DNA of 64,000 nt from IMG/VR virus record IMGVR_UViG_3300023242_000001, positions 12,296 to 76,295 of that record, one strand, 5' to 3'. The notes under the pieces were generated by a model. It was given only the letters and a program-made list of their open reading frames with translations, ran no database searches and was not told the DNA's origin. This document shows, piece after piece, positions 63,313-64,000 of this stretch (position 1 is the first letter of the stretch; each line of letters starts with the position of its first letter). The position numbers and the translations under genes are program-made. This DNA comes from a virus.

Positions 63313-64000
63313 ATGAGCAAAGCAAATAAGTTAGCCGGTATCATCGCCCTCATCCAAGGCAACCGCGCCACCACAATCGAAAGCTTGGTTGAGGCTTTCG
63401 AGACCGATTACGGACAGTTCGCCCGTGCAAATAACCGGGACCCATTGGCAGCAGCAGCGAAAAGCCTAGCAAAAAGCCCTAAAGACAAGGCGATAGCAGC
63501 AGCTATGGCTGCTGCTATTACCGCCGGCGATCTTAAGAACGGCTATATTGGTGCGAGAACCGGCCCCTATGCCGACCAACCTATCGTCATACAGAAAAGT
63601 TTTGACGCTGCTATCATTATGGCAGTGGACGCATTCAGTGAGTCTATCGAAGCTAGCGTAGCTTTCGCAAGCAAGGTCGAAAAAACCGATGAGGAGAAAG
63701 CAGTGCTCAAAGCGGACAAAGCGGAAAAAGCCGCGGCCGCGGGCGAAGCATTGATTACCGCTAAAATTCAATCGGGTGAGCTGGTGCGCAGATCGGATGT
63801 GCATACATTGGCCGATGCAGGCGCTTTGCAGCTTGCTGAAGCATTGGAAAATATCGGCGCCAAGGGCGCATTGTCAGATACTGTCATGGCGGTGTTATCC
63901 GACATTATCCGTATTCAAGCTGAGAAACGCGCTATCGAAACCGACAAGGTGGCTGCTGCTGCTGCCCCTGCCCCTGCCCCTGCCCCTGCCCCTGCCCCTG
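63313..64000 (+). CDS. First early gene, Ala-rich (partial; absent from the ORF track)
   Basis: AGGAG SD; MSKANKLAGII... stays open to the window end and ends in (AP)n; AT-richer codons. Confidence 0.75.
   Translation, partial: MSKANKLAGIIALIQGNRATTIESLVEAFETDYGQFARANNRDPLAAAAKSLAKSPKDKAIAAAMAAAITAGDLKNGYIGARTGPYADQPIVIQKSFDAAIIMAVDAFSESIEASVAFASKVEKTDEEKAVLKADKAEKAAAAGEALITAKIQSGELVRRSDVHTLADAGALQLAEALENIGAKGALSDTVMAVLSDIIRIQAEKRAIETDKVAAAAAPAPAPAPAPAP
63964..64000 (+). repeat. (GCCCCT)6+ tandem repeat encoding Ala-Pro
   Basis: Seen directly at the window end. Confidence 0.9.

Noticed and set aside
63466-63804. 112-aa minus-strand ORF
   Set aside because: It is the shadow of the plus-strand gene at 63313, which has a promoter and an SD.

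Overview
The window looks like most of the genome of an integrase-bearing, GC-rich siphovirus in its excised form, with an intact attP. The host is probably proteobacterial, inferred from the tRNA-Cys att fragment and the two-component spanin. The plus strand (63313 to the window end, and 1-29676) carries small early genes and a self-sufficient replication/recombination arm: ATP-dependent DNA ligase, SNF2 helicase, primase-helicase, putative SSB, DEDDh exonuclease, MazG-like protein, dNMP kinase, TraR/DksA, a C5-MTase-like protein, full-length PolA, RecU-like resolvase, SbcD-ThyA-SbcC and Xis. A tyrosine integrase, an HNH-AP2 gene and attP (the 3' half of tRNA-Cys) sit in the middle. The minus strand (63071 to 31747) carries HNH genes, terminase, portal, S49 protease/scaffold, capsid, tail, a 2062-aa tape measure, tail-tip genes, a lysis cassette and a second structural module. 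The most notable signals, read directly from the DNA, are regulatory. (1) A six-copy bipartite motif GGGGATTS-N21/22-AGTHTS lies on the late strand in front of late gene blocks. (2) A five-copy covarying hairpin-plus-RBS element precedes early genes. (3) (AAN)n loops closed by short stems abut several start codons. (4) A divergent sigma70 promoter pair drives a leaderless HTH gene. (5) An unannotated 39-aa mini-ORF duplicates the tape-measure N-terminus. All functional calls come from motif recognition by eye; no database searches were run.
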